Origin: Candidatus Saccharimonadales bacterium | Lineage (GTDB): Bacteria; Patescibacteriota; Saccharimonadia; Saccharimonadales; Saccharimonadaceae | Direction of reading: 5' to 3' | Assembly (NCBI GenBank): GCA_051305895.1 | Contig: JBPPME010000105.1 | Coordinates: forward strand, 1 to 48,346 | Length of the DNA stretch: 48,346 nt | Shown here: piece after piece, positions 25,963 to 34,630 of the stretch | How positions within the stretch are numbered: the first letter of the stretch is position 1 | Layout of the letters: the number at the start of each line of letters is the position of its first letter | The notes under the pieces: model-generated | Databases searched by the model: none | What the model was told of the DNA's origin: nothing | Seen by the model: only the letters and a program-made list of their open reading frames with translations | Position numbers and translations under genes: made by a program

Positions 25963-25981
25963 ATAAACGAAAGGAGTAATC

Positions 25982-27793
25982 ATGGACAACGAGCAATTAC
26001 ACGCAATGCGCCACAGTCTCGCACATATCACTGCAGCGGCGGTGCGACATTTGTGGCCGGAAGCAAAATTCGGCATCGGTCCTGTAGTGGAGGACGGCTT
26101 TTATTACGATATCGATCTCGGAGAAACCAAGATCAGTGAGCAAGAGTTTGGCAAGATCGAGAAGGAGATGAGGAAAATCATCGCTCAAGGTCAGCCGTTT
26201 GAGCATTTCACTATGCCGGTAGATAAAGCGATTGCTTGGGCTCAGGAGAACGGACAATCATACAAAGAAGAGCTACTCAATGACCTCAAGCGCAGTGGCA
26301 CCACTGTGGCAAAAGACCTCAATGCTGATGAGCTCGGTACGATTGCCGAAGGTGACGCAGCTGTCGAGGAGGTTGGATTTTATAAGAACGGCGATTTCGT
26401 AGATCTTTGTCGTGGCCCGCATGTGATAAATACGAAAGAGGTGGGGGCATTCAAGCTGATGCGTGTTGCTGGTGCGTATTGGCGTGGTAATGAAAAAAAC
26501 CCCCAGATGCAGCGACTCTATGGTGTGGCTTTTGTAGCACAAGAAGACCTTGATATGTACCTGGAGCGACTTGAGCAAGCACGCTTACGCGATCATCGTA
26601 AGTTGGGCAAGGAGCTTGATCTCTATACTATGTCGCCACTGGTTGGTGCTGGCTTGCCACTCTTTACGCCTCGGGGGACTATTCTCAGGGATAAGGTGGC
26701 TCAACTTTCAAATCAGTTGCGTGAGGCACAAGGATTCATGAAGGTATGGACGCCGAATATCACCAAGACGTCACTATATGAGACATCAGGTCACTGGGCA
26801 AAGTTTGGTAATGAATTATTCCTCGTGACTAGTCAGGAAACTGATGACAGGATGGCACTTAAGCCGATGAACTGCCCGCATCATACGCAGATTTTTGCTT
26901 CTCAGCCACGAAGCTATCGTGATATGCCAGTACGCTATCTCGAAACGACGACCGATTACCGTGATGAAAAGACCGGTGAACTTGGTGGACTTAACCGCGT
27001 TCGGTCGCTGACGCAAGACGATAGCCATGTCTTTTGTCGCTATGACCAGATTGAAGAGGAAATCAATCGACTGCTCGCAAGTGCTCGATCATTATATGAG
27101 ACGGTTGGTATGAAATTGCGCGTGCGTCTAAGTTATCGAGATGATGGAGATGGATATCTTGGTGACATAAGTCTCTGGGAATCTGCACAACGCCAGCTAA
27201 AGTTAGCTGTTGAGAAGAACGAGCTCGATTACTTTGAGCAGACAGGTGAAGCGGCATTTTATGGCCCGAAGATTGATTTCATGGCTACTGATGCAATCGG
27301 CCGCGAACATCAAGTTGCGACAGTGCAGCTGGACTTTGTACAGCCTGATCGTTTCGGACTCGAATATGCAGCCGAGGATGGCAGCAAGCAACGACCAGTA
27401 ATGATCCATTGTTCAATGCTTGGATCAATTGAGCGTTTTCTGAGTGTTTTCATCGAGCACACTGCCGGTTGGTTCCCGTTATGGGTAGCGCCAGAACAGG
27501 TACGTATCTTGACTATTAACGATACAGTCAACGACTACGTTAATAAAATTACAACAATTTTGTCAGGAGTCGTTTTGATGAATCCGATAAAATACAACGA
27601 AGTACGATTCACAACAGATTATCGCAACGAAAGCTTGGGAAAGAAAATCCGCGAAGCGACTGCCGCAAAGATTCCTGTGCAACTGATTGTTGGTCCTAAG
27701 GACAAAGAGGCAGGCGAAGTGAGTGTTCGCTCACAGGGTGGCGAAGAAAAAGTGGCGCTTGAGCAACTGGCTGAGTACCTCCAAAACCTGTAG
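25982..27793 (+). CDS. thrS: Threonine--tRNA ligase lacking the N-terminal TGS domain
   Basis: It begins directly in the editing (N2) domain: HSLAHITAAAVRHLWPEAKFGIGPVVEDGFYYD. Class II motifs are present (FRDHRKLG, MNCPHH, RVRSLTQDDSHVF, GPKIDF), plus a C-terminal anticodon-binding domain. Confidence 0.95.
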   Translation: MDNEQLHAMRHSLAHITAAAVRHLWPEAKFGIGPVVEDGFYYDIDLGETKISEQEFGKIEKEMRKIIAQGQPFEHFTMPVDKAIAWAQENGQSYKEELLNDLKRSGTTVAKDLNADELGTIAEGDAAVEEVGFYKNGDFVDLCRGPHVINTKEVGAFKLMRVAGAYWRGNEKNPQMQRLYGVAFVAQEDLDMYLERLEQARLRDHRKLGKELDLYTMSPLVGAGLPLFTPRGTILRDKVAQLSNQLREAQGFMKVWTPNITKTSLYETSGHWAKFGNELFLVTSQETDDRMALKPMNCPHHTQIFASQPRSYRDMPVRYLETTTDYRDEKTGELGGLNRVRSLTQDDSHVFCRYDQIEEEINRLLASARSLYETVGMKLRVRLSYRDDGDGYLGDISLWESAQRQLKLAVEKNELDYFEQTGEAAFYGPKIDFMATDAIGREHQVATVQLDFVQPDRFGLEYAAEDGSKQRPVMIHCSMLGSIERFLSVFIEHTAGWFPLWVAPEQVRILTINDTVNDYVNKITTILSGVVLMNPIKYNEVRFTTDYRNESLGKKIREATAAKIPVQLIVGPKDKEAGEVSVRSQGGEEKVALEQLAEYLQNL

Positions 27794-27802
27794 GAATAGT
27801 TG

Positions 27803-28117
27803 ATGATTGATGCTAATTTTCGAGCACGAATAGAGCAATTGATGGCTCAGGTACCTAAGGGTCAGGTTACGACCTATGGCGACTTGGCGGCCTATGCAGG
27901 TAGTTCCTATGCCAGTCGAGTTGTCGGCGGTATTGCTCATTACGGCGATGAGATGCTACCTTGGCACCGGCTTGTAAATCGTTTTGGTGGCCTAGCATCC
28001 GGTTTTCATGGCGGTCGCGAGGTTCAGGCGCAGTTCCTTGAGGTTGAAGGCGTTAGCTGTACAAACCATCTGGTAGACAATTTTGAGGAATTGAGATGGC
28101 GACCGAAAAGCCTTTGA
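27803..28117 (+). CDS. Alkyltransferase-like protein (ATL): MGMT/Ogt DNA-binding domain with Trp replacing the acceptor Cys
   Basis: VPKGQVTTYGDLA ... LPWHRLVN corresponds to the PCHRV motif of O6-alkylguanine transferases with Cys changed to Trp, as in ATL/YbaZ proteins. Confidence 0.75.
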   Translation: MIDANFRARIEQLMAQVPKGQVTTYGDLAAYAGSSYASRVVGGIAHYGDEMLPWHRLVNRFGGLASGFHGGREVQAQFLEVEGVSCTNHLVDNFEELRWRPKSL

Positions 28118-28965
28118 TTGTCATTGTTGGCCCTACTGCAAGTGGCAAAACCAATGCAGCGATTCAGATTGCTGAGAAGATAGGTGGGGAGATCATCTGC
28201 GCCGACTCTCGTACAGTGTATCAAGGGATGGATATAGGCACCGCCAAGCCGACCACTAATGAGCAGGCGCGTGTACCACATTGGGGAATTGATCTAGTGA
28301 CGCCAGGTGAAGTATTTACGGCTGCCGACTTTCAGAGATATGCCCGTGTTAAGATCGAAGAAATCAGTGGACGTGGTAAAGTCCCGCTTCTCGTAGGAGG
28401 GACTGGTCTCTATACTGACGGCGTTATCTTTGACTATCAGTTTGGTGCGAAGGTGAGTGACAGACAGCGTAACACTTTGGAACGTATGAGTCTCGAAGAG
28501 CTCCACACCTATTGCTTAAAAAACAACATACCATTGCCGGAGAATAGAAATAACAAACGTTACGTTATTCGTGCTATTGAACAAAGAAGTATAAACCATA
28601 AGAGAAATAGGACGCCAACAAAAGACACTATTATTGTAGGAATAGCTACAGAAAAAAGTATATTAAATGATCGGATAGCTACGCGCACTGAACACTTATT
28701 TGAGCATGGTGTTGTTGAAGAAGCGACTATATTGGGCAAAAAATATGGCTGGGATACTGAGGCAATGACAGGTAATATCTATCCATTGGTATGTTCCTAT
28801 CTGGATGGTGAGCGGTCACTCACAGAAATAAAAGAAAAATTCACAACACTTGATTGTCATCTCGCCAAGCGTCAACTTACGTGGTTTCGAGCGAATCCAT
28901 GGATAGAATGGCTTGATTTATCAGAGGTCGTTGACTATGTATTCAGCCGCGTCGTGGCTGAATGA
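28096..28965 (+). CDS. miaA: tRNA dimethylallyltransferase
   Basis: IVIVGPTASGKTNAAIQIAEKIGGEIICADSRTVYQGMDIGTAKPT and PLLVGGTGLY. It overlaps the ATL gene by 22 nt. Confidence 0.9.
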   Translation: MATEKPLIVIVGPTASGKTNAAIQIAEKIGGEIICADSRTVYQGMDIGTAKPTTNEQARVPHWGIDLVTPGEVFTAADFQRYARVKIEEISGRGKVPLLVGGTGLYTDGVIFDYQFGAKVSDRQRNTLERMSLEELHTYCLKNNIPLPENRNNKRYVIRAIEQRSINHKRNRTPTKDTIIVGIATEKSILNDRIATRTEHLFEHGVVEEATILGKKYGWDTEAMTGNIYPLVCSYLDGERSLTEIKEKFTTLDCHLAKRQLTWFRANPWIEWLDLSEVVDYVFSRVVAE

Positions 28966-29013
28966 AAAGTGTGCTAATATAAGATAAGAGCAAGGAAGTT
29001 GATTAGGCTATAT

Positions 29014-29613
29014 ATGATTGACGCATTATTTGGTTCAAAGACACGAGTGAAGCTGCTTCACCTTTTTTTGAATAATCCCGGCAAGTCTTTTTATGTACGA
29101 GAAATCACACGTCTGATCGAAGAGCAGATAAATTCTGTACGACGTGAATTATCGAATATGTTGGCAGTCGGTATTATCAAGAGTGACACGGCAGACAATA
29201 AGTTGTACTATGAAGTCGATCAGCGCTACGAGTATTACGTTCCACTTCGTGCTATATTTGCTGACGATGTGTCGATGCAACAGGCTGCCGAGACCACACC
29301 ATCAAGTCTTGATTGGCAAACTAAGCTCGACGAAGTTGGTAGTGTCAAGCTCGCAATACTTTCGGGTGTACTCGTCCCCGATTCGACAGGCGAAGTGGAT
29401 TTCCTAGTTGTTGGTAATCCGTCACCCACTAAAATCAAGAAGTTTATCGCACAGATAGAGAAAAAAGAAGGTAGGGAACTAAACTACAGCATCATGTCGT
29501 ATGATGAGTTTTACTATCGACTCAGCATTCGTGATAAATTTATCACGCAAATACTCGTGAGTAAGCATGTCGTGGTGCGTGATGAAGAAAATGTTCTAGA
29601 ACGGCTGAAATAA
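29014..29613 (+). CDS. Winged-helix (ArsR/MarR-like) DNA-binding protein with an uncharacterised C-terminal domain
   Basis: LFGSKTRVKLLHLFLNNPGKSFYVREITRLIEEQINSVRRELSNMLAVGIIK. The start is uncertain (TTG 28999 or ATG 29014). Confidence 0.55.
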   Translation: MIDALFGSKTRVKLLHLFLNNPGKSFYVREITRLIEEQINSVRRELSNMLAVGIIKSDTADNKLYYEVDQRYEYYVPLRAIFADDVSMQQAAETTPSSLDWQTKLDEVGSVKLAILSGVLVPDSTGEVDFLVVGNPSPTKIKKFIAQIEKKEGRELNYSIMSYDEFYYRLSIRDKFITQILVSKHVVVRDEENVLERLK

Positions 29614-29622
29614 GGAGGAATA

Positions 29623-30255
29623 ATGTTTGATATTGAATACAAAGGCGGTAATAGCGTCGTAATTACTACCAAGAAGGCAATTCTTGTGGTTGATCCTAAG
29701 TTATCATTGGCTGGATTGAAAGATATCTCTGTCAAGGGGGCGGTTCAGCTTGGTACCGAAGAGCGGCTCCTGGTGGATTCAAAAGGAACACGATTGACGG
29801 TTGAGGGACCTGGCGAATATGAAGTAGCCGACCTTTCAATACATGGTGTGCCGGCGGTGCGACATATTGATACGCCTGATCAGGGGAAGAAGGCCACTAT
29901 CTACCGTATCGAAGTAGGTGATGTGCGCATTGCGCTCCTGGGAAATATCGCTGATAAGCTTGAAGAAGAACAATTAGAAGGCCTGGGCCTTGTTGATGTA
30001 TTAATTATTCCTGTTGGCGGCGGCTATACACTTGATCCTACGAATGCTGCTGCACTCACGCGTCAGATTGAAGCCAAGGCGGTCATTCCAATCCATTACA
30101 AGGATGATGCGTTAAAGTATGAAGTCCCACAGGAAGAGTTAAGTGTATTCGCGACTGAGCTTGGTGCGCCGATCGAAACAACAGCGAAGTTGAAGGTAAA
30201 ATCAGCGGCATCATTGCCACAGGTGCTGACGATTTGTGAGGTTACCCGTTCATAG
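29623..30255 (+). CDS. Metallo-beta-lactamase-fold (Lactamase_B_3-like) protein, apparently lacking the HxHxDH motif
   Basis: The overall pattern IEYKGGNSVVITTKKAILVVDP ... VLIIPVGGGYTLDPTNAAALTRQIEAKAVIPIHY is MBL-fold-like. The assignment is tentative. Confidence 0.5.
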   Translation: MFDIEYKGGNSVVITTKKAILVVDPKLSLAGLKDISVKGAVQLGTEERLLVDSKGTRLTVEGPGEYEVADLSIHGVPAVRHIDTPDQGKKATIYRIEVGDVRIALLGNIADKLEEEQLEGLGLVDVLIIPVGGGYTLDPTNAAALTRQIEAKAVIPIHYKDDALKYEVPQEELSVFATELGAPIETTAKLKVKSAASLPQVLTICEVTRS

Positions 30256-30279
30256 ACTGAACGGGATGATTAGGTAAAT

Positions 30280-30305
30280 AAATCCCCGCTGCTTGGCGGG
30301 GATTT
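30280..30305. terminator. Bidirectional intrinsic terminator between convergent genes
   Basis: aaatccccgc-tgcttg-gcggggattt with A/T runs on both sides. It overlaps the rpmB stop codon. A second 8-bp hairpin cccgttca/tgaacggg (30245-30265) covers the stop of the upstream gene. Confidence 0.6.
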
Positions 30306-30525
30306 ATTGCTGTTTGGATGCTAGGGATTGATTTGTGAGGATACCTTTTTTCTTTAGCGTACGAATCGCCTGAGTAGAAAGGTTCATTGTTACTTTGCGG
30401 CCGTCAACTACGAAGGTCTTCTTCTGTAGGTTTGGCTTGAAGACGCGTTTAGTGCGACGCAAAGAAAAGCTAACATTGTTGCCAAATTGCTTACCTTTAC
30501 CGGTTAGATCACAGCGTGCTGCCAT
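30304..30525 (-). CDS. rpmB: 50S ribosomal protein L28
   Basis: MAARCDLTGKGKQFGNNVSFSLRRTKRVFKPNLQKK. SD aagagga. Confidence 0.92.
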   Translation of the reverse strand: MAARCDLTGKGKQFGNNVSFSLRRTKRVFKPNLQKKTFVVDGRKVTMNLSTQAIRTLKKKGILTNQSLASKQQ

Positions 30526-30561
30526 TTCCTCTTGTCTCGCTTAGTTTTTACAATCTGAACT

Positions 30562-30590
30562 ATTGTATCGAAAAATAGAGAATAAGTCAA
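30562..30590 (-). promoter_or_regulatory. rpmB promoter (TTGACT-17-TACAAT)
   Basis: Read on the reverse complement. It leaves a roughly 30-nt leader containing the SD. Confidence 0.55.
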
Positions 30591-30626
30591 TAGGTGACCA
30601 CTCGCTCTGAGTTGCTATAATGAAGA

Positions 30627-31277
30627 GTGAATATGATAGACATTGTTTTATATCTAGGTGTGGTTCTTGGGGTTATTCTCATTTCAATGACATTCCATGA
30701 GGTAATGCACGGCTATGTGGCCTATTGGCTCGGCGACGACACGGCGAAAGCTCAGGGACGACTTACCTTTAACCCTATCCATCACATCGATCCGTTCTTA
30801 ACGATTATCCTGCCAATAGTATTGGTGTTACTAGGAGGACCGATATTTGGCGGAGCGAAGCCTGTGCCGTTTAATCCAGCACGCCTAAAATATGATGAAT
30901 TAGGTGCAGCGCTAGTAGCAGTCGCCGGTCCGTTAACGAATCTTGTCTTGGCATTTGTTGCATTTGGCATTTGGACGCTGCTAGGCAATCCGTCGCCAAG
31001 TGGCGATATTATCGGACTATTATTTTACACGGCGACTACCGTCAACCTAGGCTTCTTTGTATTCAATATCATACCAATTCCACCACTTGATGGTTCTCGG
31101 GTGTTGTATGCGTTGGCGCCGGACTTCGTGCGTCGAGCTATGGAGGCGATTGAGCAATTTGGCATCATCTTTGTGTTTGTAATTGTCATGCTAGCAAGTA
31201 GTGCGATCGGTTATTTTATGCAAAATGCTATCAATTTCTTGCTTGGTATTCTTGCTACAATCTATGGAATCGGCTGA
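30627..31277 (+). CDS. Site-2 protease family (peptidase M50) membrane metalloprotease
   Basis: HEVMHGYVAYWLGD (HExxH) and ..NIIPIPPLDGSRV (the LDG motif). The start is GTG 30627 or ATG 30633, downstream of TGcTATAAT (30613-30621). Confidence 0.8.
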   Translation: MNMIDIVLYLGVVLGVILISMTFHEVMHGYVAYWLGDDTAKAQGRLTFNPIHHIDPFLTIILPIVLVLLGGPIFGGAKPVPFNPARLKYDELGAALVAVAGPLTNLVLAFVAFGIWTLLGNPSPSGDIIGLLFYTATTVNLGFFVFNIIPIPPLDGSRVLYALAPDFVRRAMEAIEQFGIIFVFVIVMLASSAIGYFMQNAINFLLGILATIYGIG

Positions 31278-31470
31278 ATGAGGAGCGTATAATAAGTAGT
31301 GTCCCAAAGGACAGTAGCTACATGATTTTCTAACGAATTTCGATATGGGAGTCAGACGCTTTATTACCGTGGTAGTGGAGCAGAGACACCCACCTTGCAT
31401 TTACGCGGGGATATATCATCGGCTATTATCTGGAGGGGCATTTTTTGTTTACTGATATAATACACACTAT

Positions 31471-32355
31471 ATGAAACAACTTATTTCCGTTCGAGCTATC
31501 ATTCGTAAAGAAGACAAAACACTTCTCGTCAGGCGAGCCAACGGACGCTCGTCTATTTTAGGCAGATATGAGCTACCAGGTGGAAAGATTGGCTATGGCG
31601 AGCAGCCGGAAGACGCCCTTTCGCGGTACGTAAAAGATGATACCGGATTGGTTGTTCGTAAGGCGCAGTTATTTGATGTCATCACCTATATAGATCATGA
31701 TGATCATGGTACCCAGTACACATTCTTGCTTTATATCGTAAGCCTTGGAGCAAACGGTAATAAAGTAGATCTCAGTCAAAATTATGATCATTACCAATGG
31801 AGTAATATACGTGAAATTCATCAGGACGAGCTTACGGAGTCATCCAAGCTGCTGCTTGGTATTTCGCAACAAGAGGTGACCATGACGGAAAAAGAAGAAC
31901 TTGTCAGCCTACCAGTGTCGCCAGAAGATGTGAAAGAGGCGAAGGTGATTGCCTACTCTGACGGTGGGTCACGGGGTAATCCGGGTCCATCCGCCTCGGG
32001 CTTTGTTATTTTGAATGAGCACGAAGATGTCTTACACCAAGGCGGCATGTACCTTGGTATTACGACGAACAATCAGGCGGAATATCATGGCATACGACTT
32101 GGTCTTGAGAAGGCGCTAGAGATGGGAGCGAAAGAGGTGGACTTCCGCATGGATAGTCTCTTGGCTGTAAATCAATTGAACGGTATCTACAAGATCAAGA
32201 ATCGTGAGCTATGGCCAATTTACGAACGCATCAAAGAACTTGCAGCAGAGTTCGATAAAGTGACCTTTACGCACGTGCGTCGTGAATTCAATCAACTTGC
32301 CGACGGTATGGTGAATAAAATTCTCGATGCACACGAGGATTATAGGGTACAATAG
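31471..32355 (+). CDS. NUDIX hydrolase - RNase HI fusion protein
   Basis: The N-terminal half carries a Nudix box, GGKIGYGEQPEDALSRYVKDDTGL. The C-terminal half is RNase H type 1: AYSDGGSRGNPGPSASGFVI, TNNQAEYHGIRLGLEKAL, DSLLAVNQL, N..AD. Confidence 0.8.
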   Translation: MKQLISVRAIIRKEDKTLLVRRANGRSSILGRYELPGGKIGYGEQPEDALSRYVKDDTGLVVRKAQLFDVITYIDHDDHGTQYTFLLYIVSLGANGNKVDLSQNYDHYQWSNIREIHQDELTESSKLLLGISQQEVTMTEKEELVSLPVSPEDVKEAKVIAYSDGGSRGNPGPSASGFVILNEHEDVLHQGGMYLGITTNNQAEYHGIRLGLEKALEMGAKEVDFRMDSLLAVNQLNGIYKIKNRELWPIYERIKELAAEFDKVTFTHVRREFNQLADGMVNKILDAHEDYRVQ

Positions 32356-32357
32356 AG

Positions 32358-32694
32358 AGACAGCTCATTAGGCGATCGCTGGCGCCTTCAAAAGCGCGAG
32401 AGGAAAGTCCGGGCAGCATAGGACATGGCAGTCGTTAACGACGACCAGGGGCGACCCTAGGGAAAGTGCCACAGAAACAATACCGCCTTTCAAAGGGCAA
32501 GGGTGAAATGAGTGAGGTAAGAGCTCACAGCGGCGTATGGCGACATACGAAGGAGGTAAACCCTGCCAGCTGCAAGGAGATCCGCATCAAAGGATGGTCC
32601 GTCCGCGGGTCGATAACCGCTCGATCTTATCAGCAATGATGAGACTAGATAGATGATCGTCCACGACAGAACCCGGCTTACCGATGGGCTGTTA
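32358..32694 (+). ncRNA. rnpB: RNase P RNA, bacterial type A
   Basis: Universal blocks are present: GAGGAAAGTCCGGGC (32398-32412), ACAGAAA, AGGGTGAAA, GGTAAGAGC and ACAGAACCCGGCTTA. P1 pairing runs between acagctcattagg and ccgatgggctgt. The 102-aa antisense ORF at 32490-32798 is spurious. Confidence 0.9.
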
Positions 32695-32695
32695 T

Positions 32696-32725
32696 AGAAA
32701 AACCACCTGTTATGGGGTGGTTTTT
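32696..32725. terminator. Bidirectional intrinsic terminator shared by rnpB and rplT
   Basis: gaaaaaccacc-tgttatgg-ggtggttttt. Confidence 0.65.
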
Positions 32726-32745
32726 CTATTTCGATAGGATTTCGA

Positions 32746-33087
32746 CTATTTGGCGCTTTTGACAATTGCAGTGAAAGCTTTTGGTTCTTTTGCTGCAAGT
32801 TCAGCGAGAATCTTGCGGTCGAGTTCGATACCGGTCCTCTTAAGGCTAGCGATTAGTTTACCGTAAGTAGTACCGTTTTCGCGGGCAGCTGCATTGATAC
32901 GGGTAATCCAAAGACTACGCAGATCGCGTTTGCGATTACGGCGGTCACGATATGCATACATAAGCGCACGGATAACACCCTGCTTCGCAAGACGATAGCT
33001 ACGGGTGCGGTTATGCTGCATGCCTTTAGCAGCTTTGAGAATTTTCTTGTGTTTAGCGCGTCCTGGAACGCCTCGTTTGACTCGCAT
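32746..33087 (-). CDS. rplT: 50S ribosomal protein L20
   Basis: [22 protein letters not shown]....[31 protein letters not shown]. Confidence 0.95.
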   Translation of the reverse strand: MRVKRGVPGRAKHKKILKAAKGMQHNRTRSYRLAKQGVIRALMYAYRDRRNRKRDLRSLWITRINAAARENGTTYGKLIASLKRTGIELDRKILAELAAKEPKAFTAIVKSAK

Positions 33088-33089
33088 GA

Positions 33090-33284
33090 TTAGACTCCTA
33101 ATGCTCGTTTAATGTTCTTTGCCATCGAACCGATCACTACACCGGTTGTATTGATGGCTCGTTTGCGGCTCTTGCTCTTATGTGAGAGAAGGTGGCCACC
33201 AGAGGCGCGCTGCCTTGTGATTTTTCCGCTGCCCGTGATCTTTACACGCTTCGCAGTACCTTTGTGTGTCTTTAGCTTTGGCAT
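33090..33284 (-). CDS. rpmI: 50S ribosomal protein L35
   Basis: [38 protein letters not shown]. Its ATG shares one base with the infC stop (TAATG). Confidence 0.93.
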   Translation of the reverse strand: MPKLKTHKGTAKRVKITGSGKITRQRASGGHLLSHKSKSRKRAINTTGVVIGSMAKNIKRALGV

Positions 33285-33790
33285 TATTTACTCCTTATTG
33301 TGATACTCAAATTGCGTCCTGCCATTTGAGGTTTTTGTTCAACGATTGCATCATCTTCGAGAAGGGAGACTATTCGATCAATCAGATCGTATCCAAGTTC
33401 TTTATGCGCCATCTCGCGACCGCGATAAAATATTTGGATTCTCACCTTGTGACCTTCCGATAGGAAACCTCGAATTTTTCGTAGTTTAATATCGAGGTCG
33501 CCACTTCCAATCTTGAGACCAAAGCGCATTTGCTTAAGTTCAACTTGTTTGCTCTTAGCTCGACTTTTTTGTTGCTCTTTCATCTTCTGGTATTGGTATT
33601 TACCCCAGTCGACAACTTTTGCTACAGGTGGATCGGCGTTTGGTGAGATTTCGACAAGATCAACCCCTGCATCTTCGGCAACTTTCAGTGCTTCATTTCG
33701 GGGGAGGATGCCGAGTTGTTCCCCGCTTGGCCCGATAACGCGTAGCTCTGATGAACGAATTGCTTCGTTGATACGAACAGATTGACTGAT
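33284..33790 (-). CDS. infC: Translation initiation factor IF-3 with a non-canonical ATC start
   Basis: The ORF track shows only the C-terminal 99 aa. The frame continues upstream as [69 protein letters not shown], the IF3 N-domain. There is no in-frame ATG, GTG or TTG. ATC at 33790-33788 lies 7 nt after AAAGGAG. Confidence 0.85.
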   Translation of the reverse strand: MSQSVRINEAIRSSELRVIGPSGEQLGILPRNEALKVAEDAGVDLVEISPNADPPVAKVVDWGKYQYQKMKEQQKSRAKSKQVELKQMRFGLKIGSGDLDIKLRKIRGFLSEGHKVRIQIFYRGREMAHKELGYDLIDRIVSLLEDDAIVEQKPQMAGRNLSITIRSK

Positions 33791-33844
33791 GTTAGATCTC
33801 CTTTATTTGAGTGTGACGTTTTCGTTGAACGTTACTCGTCGACA

Positions 33845-33874
33845 ATTGTACCACAAAACTACCCTTTATTTCAA
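33845..33874 (-). promoter_or_regulatory. infC-rpmI-rplT promoter (TTGAAA-18-TGgTACAAT)
   Basis: Read on the reverse complement. It gives a roughly 50-nt leader containing the palindromic segment gacgagtaacgttcaacgaaaacgtc. Confidence 0.5.
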
Positions 33875-34630
33875 GAGGTAGCGAGGTGATGCTGAAAGGT
33901 TTTAGAAATATGTTGCGATGTGGTCCCTTTTTGGGTGTCCAAATCGGCGACAGTACGAACAATTTTAATAGGCTTGAAATAGCAGGTGATGTAATGTGGA
34001 TGTATTTTCTGGGGAGTTCATATGAGCTATCGTCAGAAAGAGATAATGAAGCTCTTTAGGCCGCGCGAGGATAAGTTACCGTTGTGATTATTACCACTTA
34101 CGTATCTTAATTCTTGTGCTTTTAACTTTCAAAGATAAATTTCTATACTTCAATTCGTTGTTTGTACAACATCGAATAATGAATGAATAGTTTACGCTTT
34201 GACATGTGATTGATATTCATGAGGAACTTTATATGACATAGGAGTGACTCGAGCGGAGACTTCTGACAGCTGAAGGCATGTGCATCACAATGTTCGCAAG
34301 AGCCAGGACACATAATTGCTATCAGCACGAAATCAAGCAACATGTATATTCGATGATTCTCTTTGAAGAAAATTAAGCAGAGACTTTTTAACAGTGCTTA
34401 CCATGTACTCTTTTTTGCTTCATCGATAGATTCTTGTCACTTAATGTCAACGATTTCGACAGTAGGTAAGCCTCGTTTTTGACACCACTCAAGCCGCAAA
34501 AAGCGGAACTTAAAGATCCGACAAGACATGGCAGAGCAGACACTCGCAACTTGCGCGTGTGGTAAAATCATAGCTCGTAACACCTGTCCTTTATATGCGA
34601 TCTATGTTATAGTAACAGAGTTCATGTCAT

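Noticed and set aside
31278-31470. The 190-nt spacer between the M50 protease and the NUDIX-RNase H gene as a riboswitch or small RNA. It has TATAAT at about 31289, a small hairpin tgtcc-caaa-ggaca and a T-run at about 31441.
   Set aside because: I could not fold a convincing conserved structure or terminator, and there is no recognisable riboswitch core sequence. It is left unannotated.
32490-32798. 102-aa ORF on the minus strand between the NUDIX-RNase H gene and rplT.
   Set aside because: It is entirely antisense to the RNase P RNA, whose universal sequence blocks are unambiguous. It also runs through the shared terminator.
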